Shown piece by piece: positions 1 through 10,151 of a stretch of 55,126 nt of DNA. The first letter of the stretch is position 1; every line of letters begins with the position of its first letter. The position numbers and the translations under genes were made by a program. The stretch is taken from assembly GCA_044347905.1 (NCBI GenBank), contig JBIKTV010000001.1:1-55126 (forward strand), read 5' to 3'. The stretch is from Myxococcota bacterium. GTDB taxonomy: Bacteria > Myxococcota_A > UBA9042. The notes under the pieces were generated by a model. That model did not search any database. It worked only from the letters and a program-made list of their open reading frames with translations, and was not told the origin of the DNA.

Positions 1-160
1 GCTTCTTGGCGACCGGAGATCGACTAGGTCCCGGGGGCAAGAAAACCACCCCGGAAAACCTAACCCTGCTCCCGGGCTTGCGCTGGGCGAAATACGGCTC
101 AGGCGACTGCGCGGGCTCGAGAAGGTCTCTCTTTCGCGGCCCAAACCCGCGCCCAAGCGC

Positions 161-1054
<894 letters not shown>

Positions 1055-1132
1055 GGGGTCCTCTGCAAGTGGGCAGGGCCACAGGCGAGTCACCCAGACT
1101 CCGCGAGGGCGCTGCAGAAAGGGGAGGGGCCG

Positions 1133-2899
1133 CTATTGGACGAGGAGGGGCGCGACCACGTCCTTGGTGCTGCCGTTGCCGATTTGGCCAAGGTTGTTGC
1201 CGCCCCAGCAGTACAGCTCACCCGCGGTGGTGCGCACGCAAGAGTGCTGATCGCCCAGCGCCATGCTGCTCGGGTTGGGGAGGCCGGTGATCTCTGTGGG
1301 GGTGAGCACGTAGATCGCCGCGCTGGCCGGGGCGCTCTGGCGCTTGCCGTTGTCGCCCCAGCACATCACCTTGCCGCCAACCCAGGCGCAAGTGTGGGCG
1401 CCGCCTGCGGCAATCTGGCTCGCACCGTTGATGCTTGGCACGCTGGCTGGGGTCAGCTGGCCCATGCTGGAGCCGCTGCGGCCGGTCTGCTGGGCGTTGT
1501 TGGCGCCCCAGCACATCACTTTGCCGCCGCCGACCACGGCACAGGCGTGATCCGAACCCGTGGCGATTTGCGAGGCGCCGCTGACGCCCTTGGCCAAAGT
1601 TGGAGGCGTATTGGCGGAATTGCTGTAGCCAAGGCCGATCTGGCCGTTGCCGTTGACGCCCCAGCAAGAAACGCCGCCGCCGCTGACCACGGCGCAGCAG
1701 AAGTTGTTGCCACAGTCCAGGTCGATGGCCGAGGCGCCGATCTTGGCGACAACCGCGGCCGATCCCGTGGTCTGGCTGACTTCGCCGAGCTCGCCGTTGG
1801 CCGCTAGGCCCCAACAGCGCACCGTGCCACCGGAATCGCGCGCGCAGGTGTGGTTGAGGCCTACCGCAACTTGGGCGGCGGGCTGCAGGACTTTGTACGG
1901 CGTCGGCATCGGCTTGGCTTGGCCGGCGGGTGGGGCGCCCGTAGCAGTGATCTGGCCAAACTCGTTGTTGCCCCAGCAGTACAGGCCGGTGGAGGTGACC
2001 GCACAGCAGTGGTTGCCGCCGCAATCCACTTGGTTGGCGCCGGCGAGGTTGACCACCGCCTGAGGGCTGGTGGCCCATTTGCCTTGGGTGCTGCCGCCGC
2101 CGAGTTGGCCGGATTTGTCATCGCCCCAGCAGAACACCTTGCCGTCTTTGTTGACGACGGCACAGCTTTCATCGCCCCCCGCGCCCACCCAGGTGACCCC
2201 GCTGGCCACGCCGCCGCCACAGCTGCCATTGGTGCAGGTTTTTCCGCCGCCGCAGTCGCTGCCTTCCTTGAGTTGTGTGTGGGAACAGCCTGCGCTAGAG
2301 TTGCAACCATCTGATGTGCAGGGATTATTGTCGTCACAGTTGCTCTGGCCGCCGGCCTGGCAGCTGCCCGCAAAGCACACGTCGTCGCTGGTGCAGGCGT
2401 TGCCGTCTTCGCAAGGGCCCGAATTCTTCAGCAGCGGATAGCAGCTGCCGCCAGAGCATTGCCAGCCCTGGCATGGCCCTGTTTCACCAGTGCAACTGCT
2501 TGCGTTGGCACAGGTTTGCGGTGCCCCAGTGTCCGCCGGAGCCGTGTCCTTGGGGCTGGTGTCCGGCTGGGCGGTGTCCGGCTTGGCTGTGTCGGGTTGG
2601 GTTGTGTCAACTAGATTTATGTCTACTTGATCTTTGTCTACCTGACCGCCATCTGTCACCGCCGTGTCCGCCAGGGTTTGGCCATCGTCGGCGTCATTGG
2701 CGCTCTGGTCCAGCCCGCTGGCCTGGTCCGCGGCGGCAATGTCCGCGTTGGTGTCGGCGCCCCCAAGGATATCGACGCCAGCAAAGTTCTGCTGATCAGG
2801 GACTTCGCTTGGGCATGCGCTCAGCGTGGTCGCTGCGACCGCCCCAAGGCAGAGCTGCAAGAGGCGCATCGGGAACGGCAATGGGCGGACAGTGGGCAT
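1133..2899 (-). CDS. Secreted/lipoprotein RCC1-repeat protein with an N-terminal Asp/Thr/Pro-rich linker and Cys-rich (CxDxNxCTxDxC) repeats
   Basis: ORF 1133..3103. Signal/lipobox MRLLQLCLGAVAATTLSAC (ATG at 2869 or 2899). About 7 repeats of the RCC1 signature (CWGxNxxGQ[IL]G, HxCAV). Myxococcus-type cysteine-rich repeats (CEDGNACTSDDVC, CDDNNPCTSDGC). Confidence 0.8.
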   Translation of the reverse strand: MPTVRPLPFPMRLLQLCLGAVAATTLSACPSEVPDQQNFAGVDILGGADTNADIAAADQASGLDQSANDADDGQTLADTAVTDGGQVDKDQVDINLVDTTQPDTAKPDTAQPDTSPKDTAPADTGAPQTCANASSCTGETGPCQGWQCSGGSCYPLLKNSGPCEDGNACTSDDVCFAGSCQAGGQSNCDDNNPCTSDGCNSSAGCSHTQLKEGSDCGGGKTCTNGSCGGGVASGVTWVGAGGDESCAVVNKDGKVFCWGDDKSGQLGGGSTQGKWATSPQAVVNLAGANQVDCGGNHCCAVTSTGLYCWGNNEFGQITATGAPPAGQAKPMPTPYKVLQPAAQVAVGLNHTCARDSGGTVRCWGLAANGELGEVSQTTGSAAVVAKIGASAIDLDCGNNFCCAVVSGGGVSCWGVNGNGQIGLGYSNSANTPPTLAKGVSGASQIATGSDHACAVVGGGKVMCWGANNAQQTGRSGSSMGQLTPASVPSINGASQIAAGGAHTCAWVGGKVMCWGDNGKRQSAPASAAIYVLTPTEITGLPNPSSMALGDQHSCVRTTAGELYCWGGNNLGQIGNGSTKDVVAPLLVQ

Positions 2900-3011
2900 G
2901 GTTTTGCGACTCGCAAGCAGATCTGCCGCCAAGCTTAGGGCCGCAGCCGGCGCTTGCCAACCCCAGCCGGCGCCGCTAACCTCCGGTGCTAGCGACCTCC
3001 AAGGCGGTGCC

Positions 3012-3449
3012 GTGCTGAAGACCTGGGCCATGCTGCTGACCGCGCTGATCGCCATCCAGGCGATGGGCCTGCAGTTGCTGTGCTTTTGCGGCCATTGCCC
3101 CACCAGCTTGGCCCTTGGGGTCCACGCTCAAGAAAGCGGCGAAGGCGACCACAGCTGTTGCGCGGGTGCGCTCGACGACCAAGCCGCGGCCCAGGGCATT
3201 GGCCAGCTGAGCGATGGCGCGCCCTGCTGCGGCGATGAGCACCAATTGCACAACCAAGACGCCAACATCCACGAAGCGGACAAGGCTTGCACCGGCCCGC
3301 TGCTGGTGGCGACCGCGCTGGACACAGGCGCCTGGATGGCCCAACGGCGCTTTGCCCAGGGCGAGCTTGCAGGGCTGCGCGGGGCCCGCGGTCCGCCCGA
3401 TGCGCCGCCGCCAAAGCTGATCCTTTCGCTCCAACACCTGCTGATTTAG
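3012..3449 (+). CDS. Small hydrophobic-N-terminus Cys/His-rich protein, candidate metal-associated accessory protein of the downstream efflux operon
   Basis: In-frame part of ORF 2826..3449, with a GTG at 3012 or an ATG at 3030. Third codon positions are G/C-rich, as in true genes. Motifs CFCGHC, HSCCAG, CCGDEH. Same strand as the efflux operon and 130 nt upstream of the TolC-like gene. Confidence 0.45.
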   Translation: MLKTWAMLLTALIAIQAMGLQLLCFCGHCPTSLALGVHAQESGEGDHSCCAGALDDQAAAQGIGQLSDGAPCCGDEHQLHNQDANIHEADKACTGPLLVATALDTGAWMAQRRFAQGELAGLRGARGPPDAPPPKLILSLQHLLI

Positions 3450-3581
3450 CCCCCCGCGTCCATTTGGCGGGGCAGGCTGAGGCGCGTCGACAACGGGTCG
3501 GCGTCCCAGTGGATTAAACTATCCATTGATGGCTCCCCGCTTCCTGGCGCAGTCCCAGCGACTGCACTGAAAGGGGGAACT

Positions 3582-4871
3582 GTGTTGAAATGGATGGGGA
3601 TCGCCATGGGCCTGCTGCTGGCGGGTCAACTGCAAGCCGCGCCGCTGGCCGAGCACCAGGCGGTGCAGCAGGCGCTGGGGCGGGCGCCGTCGCTCCACGG
3701 GGTCCAAGCCCGCGTGAGGGCTGCAGAAAAGAACATCGCCTCGGCCGGTGGCCTGCCGCCGCCGATGATTCGCATGACGATCAGCGAATTGACCTACAGC
3801 GAACACCACCAGAAGCAGCCGACGGCCTGGGTGATGGTCGAACAGCCGCTGCCCCTGGGCGGGCAGGTGGATGCGCCGCGGACTCTGGCGCGCACCCAGG
3901 TGGCTCAGGCCCAAGCCGAGGAGCCGGGGCAGGCGGGCGAGGTGGCCTATGCGGCGCGGGTGGCCTTTGGCGCGTGGCGGGCGGCGGCGCACAAGTTAGC
4001 GATTCTCAAACACCATGTGGGCATTGCCGAGGCGATTGAGGGGGTGCTGGTGCGGGCGATGGCTGGGGGCCGGCCGGTGTCGACCCTGCGGCTGGCCCAG
4101 GCCCAGGCCGATGCGGAAGGGCTGCGCGCAGAAGAGGCGGCGGTCCAGGCGGCGCTGCCGGGGCTCAAGCAACAGCTGGCTCTGTGGATGGGGATATCTG
4201 CTGATGAGCTGGGCGAGCCCGAGCTGAGCCTGCCCGCGGCGCCGACGCAGGTGCTGGATTGGCCGCGGCACCCGGCGCTGCAGAAGGTCGACGTGGCGCG
4301 GCGCTCGCTTCTGGCGCGGGCTCAGGCGGAGGCGGCGGCGGCGGGCTGGACGGTCACGCCGGGCCTGGGCCTGATGACCATGGACCAGATGCCCTGGGGC
4401 CTGATGCTGAGCCTGGCGCTGCGGCCGGGCGATTGGCCAGATCGCCAGCGCAGCACAGCGAAAGCCGCCGCGACGCAAGGAGAATCGGATGCGCTCATGC
4501 CGATGCAGCGCGACCGCCTTCAGCGCTTGCAGGGGGCGATGGTGCAGGCGGAGAGCGAGCTGCGCCAGCTCGAGCTGCGGCGGGAGTCCTTGACTCTCAA
4601 AGTGATCCCCGCGCTGCGTCGTGCGGTTCAGGCGGCGTTGCCGGGGCTGGCGAGCGGAGCCGTGTCGGTGGCCGATGTGGTGGAGGCGGAACACCGCCTA
4701 CTGACCTTTGACCTGCAACTGGCTGATCTTGAAGCACAGTGGCTGCTGGCCCGCGCCCGGCGCATCCGCTTGGAGACCAGCGATGGCGACGGCCCTTCGC
4801 TCAGCGCCGGCGGCTCGGCGATGTCCAGTGGCACGATGGCGGCCGATACCGGTTCGCAGATGAGCCATTAG
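3582..4871 (+). CDS. Outer-membrane efflux protein, TolC/CusC/CzcC family
   Basis: ORF 3582..4871 (GTG start preceded by aaggggga). Signal peptide MGIAMGLLLAGQLQAAP. Ala/Leu/Gln-rich coiled repeats typical of OEP family. First gene of a C-B-A efflux arrangement. Confidence 0.75.
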   Translation: MLKWMGIAMGLLLAGQLQAAPLAEHQAVQQALGRAPSLHGVQARVRAAEKNIASAGGLPPPMIRMTISELTYSEHHQKQPTAWVMVEQPLPLGGQVDAPRTLARTQVAQAQAEEPGQAGEVAYAARVAFGAWRAAAHKLAILKHHVGIAEAIEGVLVRAMAGGRPVSTLRLAQAQADAEGLRAEEAAVQAALPGLKQQLALWMGISADELGEPELSLPAAPTQVLDWPRHPALQKVDVARRSLLARAQAEAAAAGWTVTPGLGLMTMDQMPWGLMLSLALRPGDWPDRQRSTAKAAATQGESDALMPMQRDRLQRLQGAMVQAESELRQLELRRESLTLKVIPALRRAVQAALPGLASGAVSVADVVEAEHRLLTFDLQLADLEAQWLLARARRIRLETSDGDGPSLSAGGSAMSSGTMAADTGSQMSH

Positions 4872-4910
4872 ACCCCCTATTCTCAACGGTTTGTTGACGC
4901 GAGGTATGCC

Positions 4911-6704
4911 ATGGACAGTCAAGAACAAGGGGATCGCCCAGAGAATCTAGCGCAAAAGCCCCCAAGTGTGCTGGCGCTGCGGCTGGCGGGGTTGGCGCGC
5001 TGGGCGCTGGTGCTGGCCCTGGGCGGCGGCGCGGCGGTGGTGTGGTGGCAAGCGACGCGGCCGGTGCAGGCGGCGGGTGAGACCTACACCTGCCCGATGC
5101 ACCCGACGTATCAGCAGCCCGGCAAGGGCGCGTGCCCTGTCTGCGGCATGGACCTGGTGCCCAAAGCCTCTCTGGCGGGGGATACCTCCGAAACTCCGGA
5201 CCCCGGCAAGGGTTTTCGCCTAGAGGGCATCGCCGGGGTGGCGCCGACTCGCGTTGACGTGGGGCGCCTGCAGCGCGCCGGGGTGCGTTCAGCGGCGGTG
5301 GCCAAGCGCGATCTCCGCGTAGAGACCCTGCTGGCGGGCCAGTTAGCCCTGGATCCCACGCGCAAATTCGCTGTTACGGCGCGCACCGCAGGGTGGCTGC
5401 AGAAGGTGGCCGAGCGGCGTCCGGGCGAATTGTTCAAGGCGGGGGAGGTCTTGGCGGTGCTCTACTCGCGCGAGCTTCACGAAGCCCAGGCCGAGTATCT
5501 CGCCACTGCGGCGCTGGACATGGGCGGCCACGGCGCCACGCCGGGCGGTGAGGTCAAGTCGGCGGCGGGGGAGCGGTTGCTGCGCCTGGGCATGGGCAAA
5601 GGCGGCGTGGCGGGGCTGGGCAAAGCCCGCGGCGTGGCGGTGGTTTCTGCGCCCAAGGCCGGCATGGTGCTAGAGAGGCCGTTTGAAGTTGGCCGCTATG
5701 TGTCGGTGGCCGACCCGCTGTGGCTGGCGGCGGACCTGGCGTATCTGCTGGCGATCGCTGATGTTCCCCAGGCTTTGGCCGCCCAGCTCCAGCCGGGGCA
5801 GACCATTGAGCTCGTCTTGGCGGACGACCGCGTCCTGCAAGCCCAGGTGCTGACGCCTGAAGTTGAGGCGCGGGCGGATTTGCGCACGGTGCGGGTGCGG
5901 GCGCTGGTGCACAACGGCGACGGTGCGCTGCGGCCCGGCATGTTGGCGCGCTGGCGCCTGCTGCAGAAGGCCGAACAAGTGCTTGCCGTGCCTGAGGATG
6001 CCCTCATCGATGTGGGCCACGCGCGCTATGTGCAGCGCCTGGGCAAAGGCGGTCTGGTCACGCCCACGCGGGTGGAGACGGGGTTGCGAGACGGCGGCTG
6101 GGTCGAAATTCGCGCGGGGCTGGTGGAGGGCGACCGCATCGCCGTCAGCGGGGTGTTTCTGGTCGACGCGGAGACACGCCTGGCGGCGGGCGTACCCGAG
6201 CCGGCGACCAGTACCCAGCTGGCACCGAGCGAGACCGCGGCCGAGCACCGCGCCGCCGGCCACCGCGACCACCAGCACGGCGGCGGCGCCGGGGGGCCGC
6301 AGCCGGTGCCCGGGCAGGTCCAGCCGCTGATCCAGGCCTACCTGGCCCTGGGCGACGCCCTGGTGGCCAGCGACGCTAAGCTGGCCCTGGCCAAGGCCGC
6401 CGAGCTGCGCACCGCCGCCGACAAGGCGGGGCTGCCGCTGCCGGGGCTCGGCGACTTCCCGGCCGAGCTTGCGGCGCAGCGCCTGCGCCTGGGGCCGCTG
6501 TCCGAGGAAGTGATCGCCTTGGCGCGGCGCGCAGGGCTATCTAGCGACCTGCAGGTCGTCTGGTGTTCGATGGCCCCGGGGCGCTGGCTGCAGCGGGCGG
6601 GCGAGGTGGCCAACCCCTACTACGGCCAAGAGATGCTGCGCTGTGGCGATATCCAGGGCGCGCCGACGGCCGCTCCAGCGCAACCGCCCGCGACGGAGCT
6701 CTAG
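4911..6704 (+). CDS. RND efflux periplasmic adaptor (CusB/CzcB-like) with an N-terminal heavy-metal-binding domain and a C-terminal DUF3347-like domain
   Basis: YTCPMHPTYQQPGKGACPVCGMDL metal-binding motif after a TM/signal segment. MFP-type barrel-sandwich and beta-barrel region. C-terminal QPLIQAYLALGDALVASD... resembles DUF3347. The stop abuts the cusA start. Confidence 0.85.
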   Translation: MDSQEQGDRPENLAQKPPSVLALRLAGLARWALVLALGGGAAVVWWQATRPVQAAGETYTCPMHPTYQQPGKGACPVCGMDLVPKASLAGDTSETPDPGKGFRLEGIAGVAPTRVDVGRLQRAGVRSAAVAKRDLRVETLLAGQLALDPTRKFAVTARTAGWLQKVAERRPGELFKAGEVLAVLYSRELHEAQAEYLATAALDMGGHGATPGGEVKSAAGERLLRLGMGKGGVAGLGKARGVAVVSAPKAGMVLERPFEVGRYVSVADPLWLAADLAYLLAIADVPQALAAQLQPGQTIELVLADDRVLQAQVLTPEVEARADLRTVRVRALVHNGDGALRPGMLARWRLLQKAEQVLAVPEDALIDVGHARYVQRLGKGGLVTPTRVETGLRDGGWVEIRAGLVEGDRIAVSGVFLVDAETRLAAGVPEPATSTQLAPSETAAEHRAAGHRDHQHGGGAGGPQPVPGQVQPLIQAYLALGDALVASDAKLALAKAAELRTAADKAGLPLPGLGDFPAELAAQRLRLGPLSEEVIALARRAGLSSDLQVVWCSMAPGRWLQRAGEVANPYYGQEMLRCGDIQGAPTAAPAQPPATEL

Positions 6705-9700
6705 ATGATACTCGACAAAATTATCCGCTCTAGCGTGATGCACCCTTGGGTGGTGGTGGCGCTCAGCCTGGCGGCCACTTTGGTCGGCTGGCACTCGCTG
6801 CGCACCGGCAGCCTGGACGCCATCCCCGACCTCAGCGACACCCAGGTGATCCTGCTGGCCGATTGGATGGGCAACCCCCCGGATCGCATTGAAGATCGCC
6901 TGACCCGGCCGGTCGTCTCTGCGCTGGTGGGCGCCCCTGGGGTCAAGGCGGTGCGCGGCTATGCCATGTACGGAATGGCCTTTATTTACGTGCTATTTGA
7001 CGACGACACTGACCTGGAAGACGCGCGCAACCGCGTGCAACAGCAGCTCGGCCAGCTTCAGGGCCTGCTGCCGCCGGGGGCGCGGCTGAACCTGGGGCCA
7101 GACGCCTCTGGGGTCGGTTGGGCCTATCAGTACGCGCTGGTGGATGAGTCGGGGCGGCTCGATGTCGCCGATCTCCGCGATCTGCAAGATGGAACTGTGC
7201 GCTTGGCCCTGGCCAGCGTGCCGGGCATCGCGGAGATCGCCACGGTGGGCGGCTATCAGCGCCAGGTGCAGGTCGATGGCGACGTGCAGAAAATGGCCAG
7301 CTGGGGCGCGACTTTGCCAGAGTTGGCGGCAGCGGTGCAAAAAGCCAGTTCCACGGCCTCCGGCAGCCTGATTGAGATGAGCCAGCGCGAGTATTTTGTG
7401 CGCGTGCAGGGCCAACCGCCAGATCTGCAAGCGTTGCGCGATACTCCGCTGCGGCCTGGTTCCAACCAGCCGGGGCCGACGATTGGCGATGTGGCTGCGG
7501 TCAGCTACGGCCCGGCAGCGCGGCGCGGCACCGCGGATTTTGACGGCCTGGGCGAAGCGGTGGGCGGCATCGCCGTGGTGCGAAGTGGCCAAAACACCTT
7601 GAAGGTCATGGAGAAGCTCAAGGCGCGCATCGCCGAACTGGCGCCGAGCCTGCCCGCCGGGGTCAAGCTGGTGCCGGTCTACGACCGCTCGCGACTCATT
7701 CACGCCGCGGTGGACACGCTCACCCGCGCCTTGGCCGAGCAGCTCATCACCGTGGTGGCGGTGATTCTGCTGTTTTTGATGCACTTTCGCTCCACCTTGG
7801 TGCCCGCGCTGATGCTGCCCGCGGCGGTGCTGCTGGCCTTTGCGCCGATGAAGTGGCTGGGCGTGTCGAGCAACCTGATGAGCTTGGGCGGAATTGTCTT
7901 GGCTGTGGGCGATCTTGTGGACGCAGCGGTGGTCTTGGTCGATGACGCGCACCGCAAGCTCGAACAGCTCAAGTACCCGTACACCCGCCAGCAGCGCATT
8001 GACGCGATTCTGCAAGCTTGCCGCGGTGTTGGCCCGCCGATCTTCTTCTCGCTCCTGCTGTTGGTGGTGAGCTTCTTGCCGGTGTTTGCCCTGGAAGGCC
8101 AGGGGCGGCGTCTGTTCCAACCCCTGGCGATGACAAAGACTTTTGCCATGGCTGGGGCGGCAGTGCTGTCGATCACCTTGGCGCCGGCGCTCATCCGCCT
8201 GTTGGTGCGCGGCCGCATTCGCAAAGAGAGCGACCACCCCGTGAGCAAGATCCTGCTGCGCGTCTACCGGCCGATGGCGTGGGTGGCGCTGCACAACCCC
8301 AAAACCACGTTGCTGATGGGGGTTTTTGCCGTGCTGAGTGCGATTCCGCTGGCCGCCAACCTGGGCAGCGAGTTCATGCCGGCGCTGCAAGAGGGCGACA
8401 TCCTCTACATGCCGACCACGGCCAACGGCCTGGCGATTGGCGAAGCCCAGCGGGCCCTGCAGGTTCAGGACCGGGTGCTGCGGGCCTTTCCTGAGGTGGT
8501 GAGCGTGTTTGGCAAGGCCGGGCGGGCAGAGACGGCCACCGATCCGGCGCCCCTGTCGATGATCGAGACGGCGGTGCAGCTCAAGCCGCGGGCGGAGTGG
8601 CGGCGCATCCAGGTCCAGCGCTGGTGGCATGCCAAGAAGGGCGAACCTGCAGGCTGGGTGCTGGGCGGCGGCGATGGCGCCCTGGCGGGGCTGCTGGAGC
8701 GGCTGTTCCCGTCAGAAAGGCCCATGAACTTTGACGAATTGACCCGGCAGATGCAGAGCGCTCTGGATCAGGCCGGCTGGACCCACGCTTGGACCATGCC
8801 GATCAAGGCGCGCATCGACATGCTGAGCACTGGCATCCGCACTCCGGTGGGCATCAAGCTGTTTGGCAAAGATCCCGCAGAGTTGGATAGGGCGGCGGTG
8901 GTGCTGGAGAAGGGCCTGGCCGATCTGCCCGGCACCCGCAGCGTGTTTGCCGAGCGCAACCTGGGGCAGTGGTACATTGATGTCGAGCCCGACCGCCAAA
9001 AGCTGCACGCCCTGGGGCTGACGGTGGGCGACGTCGACCAAGCGGTGGGCCTGGGCCTGGGCGGTGCGGTGGTGGCGAGGCTGCCCAGCGGCCGTCTTTC
9101 TGTGGATGTGCAAGTCCGTTTAGCCCGCGGCTATCGCCAGAGCCCGCAGGACGTGGCCGATCTGCTGCTGCCGCTGCGACCGAGCCAAGCGGGAGCTGTG
9201 CAAAATCTGCAGCAGAGTCAAGGATCAGACAATGCCCAGGGGAGTGTCGGATCGGCGATGGGCGGCATGGGCGGCATGGGCTCAGCGGACCCGGCGCCGT
9301 CGAGTCAGCAGATAGGAAAGTCCAATGGTGCCGCCCAGCCTTTGCCCGCGAGTGTCCGTCTGGGCGACGTGGCCAAAGTGGTGGTGCGAGAAGGGCCGCC
9401 CATGCTCAAGAACGAAGACGGCCAGCTGGTGGGCTACGTGTACGTCGATGTCGCGACGGATCTGGTGGACGTGGGCCGCTGGGTCGATGAGGCCAAGGCG
9501 CGCACGGCCAAGCTGACCTTGCCGGCGGGGGTGCGGCTGGCGTGGACCGGCCAGTACGAGCTGTTGATCGCCATGCAGGAGCGGATGCAGGTGCTGGTGC
9601 CGTTGACCTTGGCGCTGATGCTGCTGCTGCTGTGGCTGAACTTCCGCAACTTTGCCCAGCCGCTGATTGTTTTGGGCACCGTGCCGTTCGCTTTGGTGGG

Positions 9701-10151
9701 CAGCATCTGGCTGCTGGCCGCGCTGGATTACCGCTTGAGCACCGCCGTTTGGGTCGGGCTAATTGCCCTGGTGGGCGTGGCGGCGGAGACCGGCATTGTG
9801 ATGCTGATGTACCTGGACGAGGCCTATGACCGCTGGAAGCAGGAGGGGCGCCTCAACAGCGTGGACGACCTGCGATCTGCCGTGCTGGAGGGGGCGGTGC
9901 AGCGCGTGCGGCCTAAGCTCATGACTGTAGGCATGAATATTCTGGGTCTTGGGCCAGTGCTGTGGGCCACAGGCGCCGGCTCCGAAGTGACCCAGCGCAT
10001 TTGCGCGCCGCTGGTGGGCGGGCTTTTGACGAGCACGTTCTTGACGTTAGAGATCATTCCGGTCGTCTACGTGCTCTGGCGCGGCCGGGGTCTGCGCTTG
10101 CCGGCCAGCGCGGTCAGGCCGCCCGATCAAACTGGGCAAACCGCATCGTGA
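6705..10151 (+). CDS. cusA: Heavy-metal efflux RND transporter, CusA/CzcA family (1148 aa, with a Met/Gly-rich insertion)
   Basis: Full-length similarity to HME-RND pumps (MILDKIIRSSV..., 12-TM layout, LMSLGGIVLAVGDLVDAAVV, VGVAAETGIVMLMYLDEA). Position after the adaptor gene. Confidence 0.95.
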   Translation: MILDKIIRSSVMHPWVVVALSLAATLVGWHSLRTGSLDAIPDLSDTQVILLADWMGNPPDRIEDRLTRPVVSALVGAPGVKAVRGYAMYGMAFIYVLFDDDTDLEDARNRVQQQLGQLQGLLPPGARLNLGPDASGVGWAYQYALVDESGRLDVADLRDLQDGTVRLALASVPGIAEIATVGGYQRQVQVDGDVQKMASWGATLPELAAAVQKASSTASGSLIEMSQREYFVRVQGQPPDLQALRDTPLRPGSNQPGPTIGDVAAVSYGPAARRGTADFDGLGEAVGGIAVVRSGQNTLKVMEKLKARIAELAPSLPAGVKLVPVYDRSRLIHAAVDTLTRALAEQLITVVAVILLFLMHFRSTLVPALMLPAAVLLAFAPMKWLGVSSNLMSLGGIVLAVGDLVDAAVVLVDDAHRKLEQLKYPYTRQQRIDAILQACRGVGPPIFFSLLLLVVSFLPVFALEGQGRRLFQPLAMTKTFAMAGAAVLSITLAPALIRLLVRGRIRKESDHPVSKILLRVYRPMAWVALHNPKTTLLMGVFAVLSAIPLAANLGSEFMPALQEGDILYMPTTANGLAIGEAQRALQVQDRVLRAFPEVVSVFGKAGRAETATDPAPLSMIETAVQLKPRAEWRRIQVQRWWHAKKGEPAGWVLGGGDGALAGLLERLFPSERPMNFDELTRQMQSALDQAGWTHAWTMPIKARIDMLSTGIRTPVGIKLFGKDPAELDRAAVVLEKGLADLPGTRSVFAERNLGQWYIDVEPDRQKLHALGLTVGDVDQAVGLGLGGAVVARLPSGRLSVDVQVRLARGYRQSPQDVADLLLPLRPSQAGAVQNLQQSQGSDNAQGSVGSAMGGMGGMGSADPAPSSQQIGKSNGAAQPLPASVRLGDVAKVVVREGPPMLKNEDGQLVGYVYVDVATDLVDVGRWVDEAKARTAKLTLPAGVRLAWTGQYELLIAMQERMQVLVPLTLALMLLLLWLNFRNFAQPLIVLGTVPFALVGSIWLLAALDYRLSTAVWVGLIALVGVAAETGIVMLMYLDEAYDRWKQEGRLNSVDDLRSAVLEGAVQRVRPKLMTVGMNILGLGPVLWATGAGSEVTQRICAPLVGGLLTSTFLTLEIIPVVYVLWRGRGLRLPASAVRPPDQTGQTAS

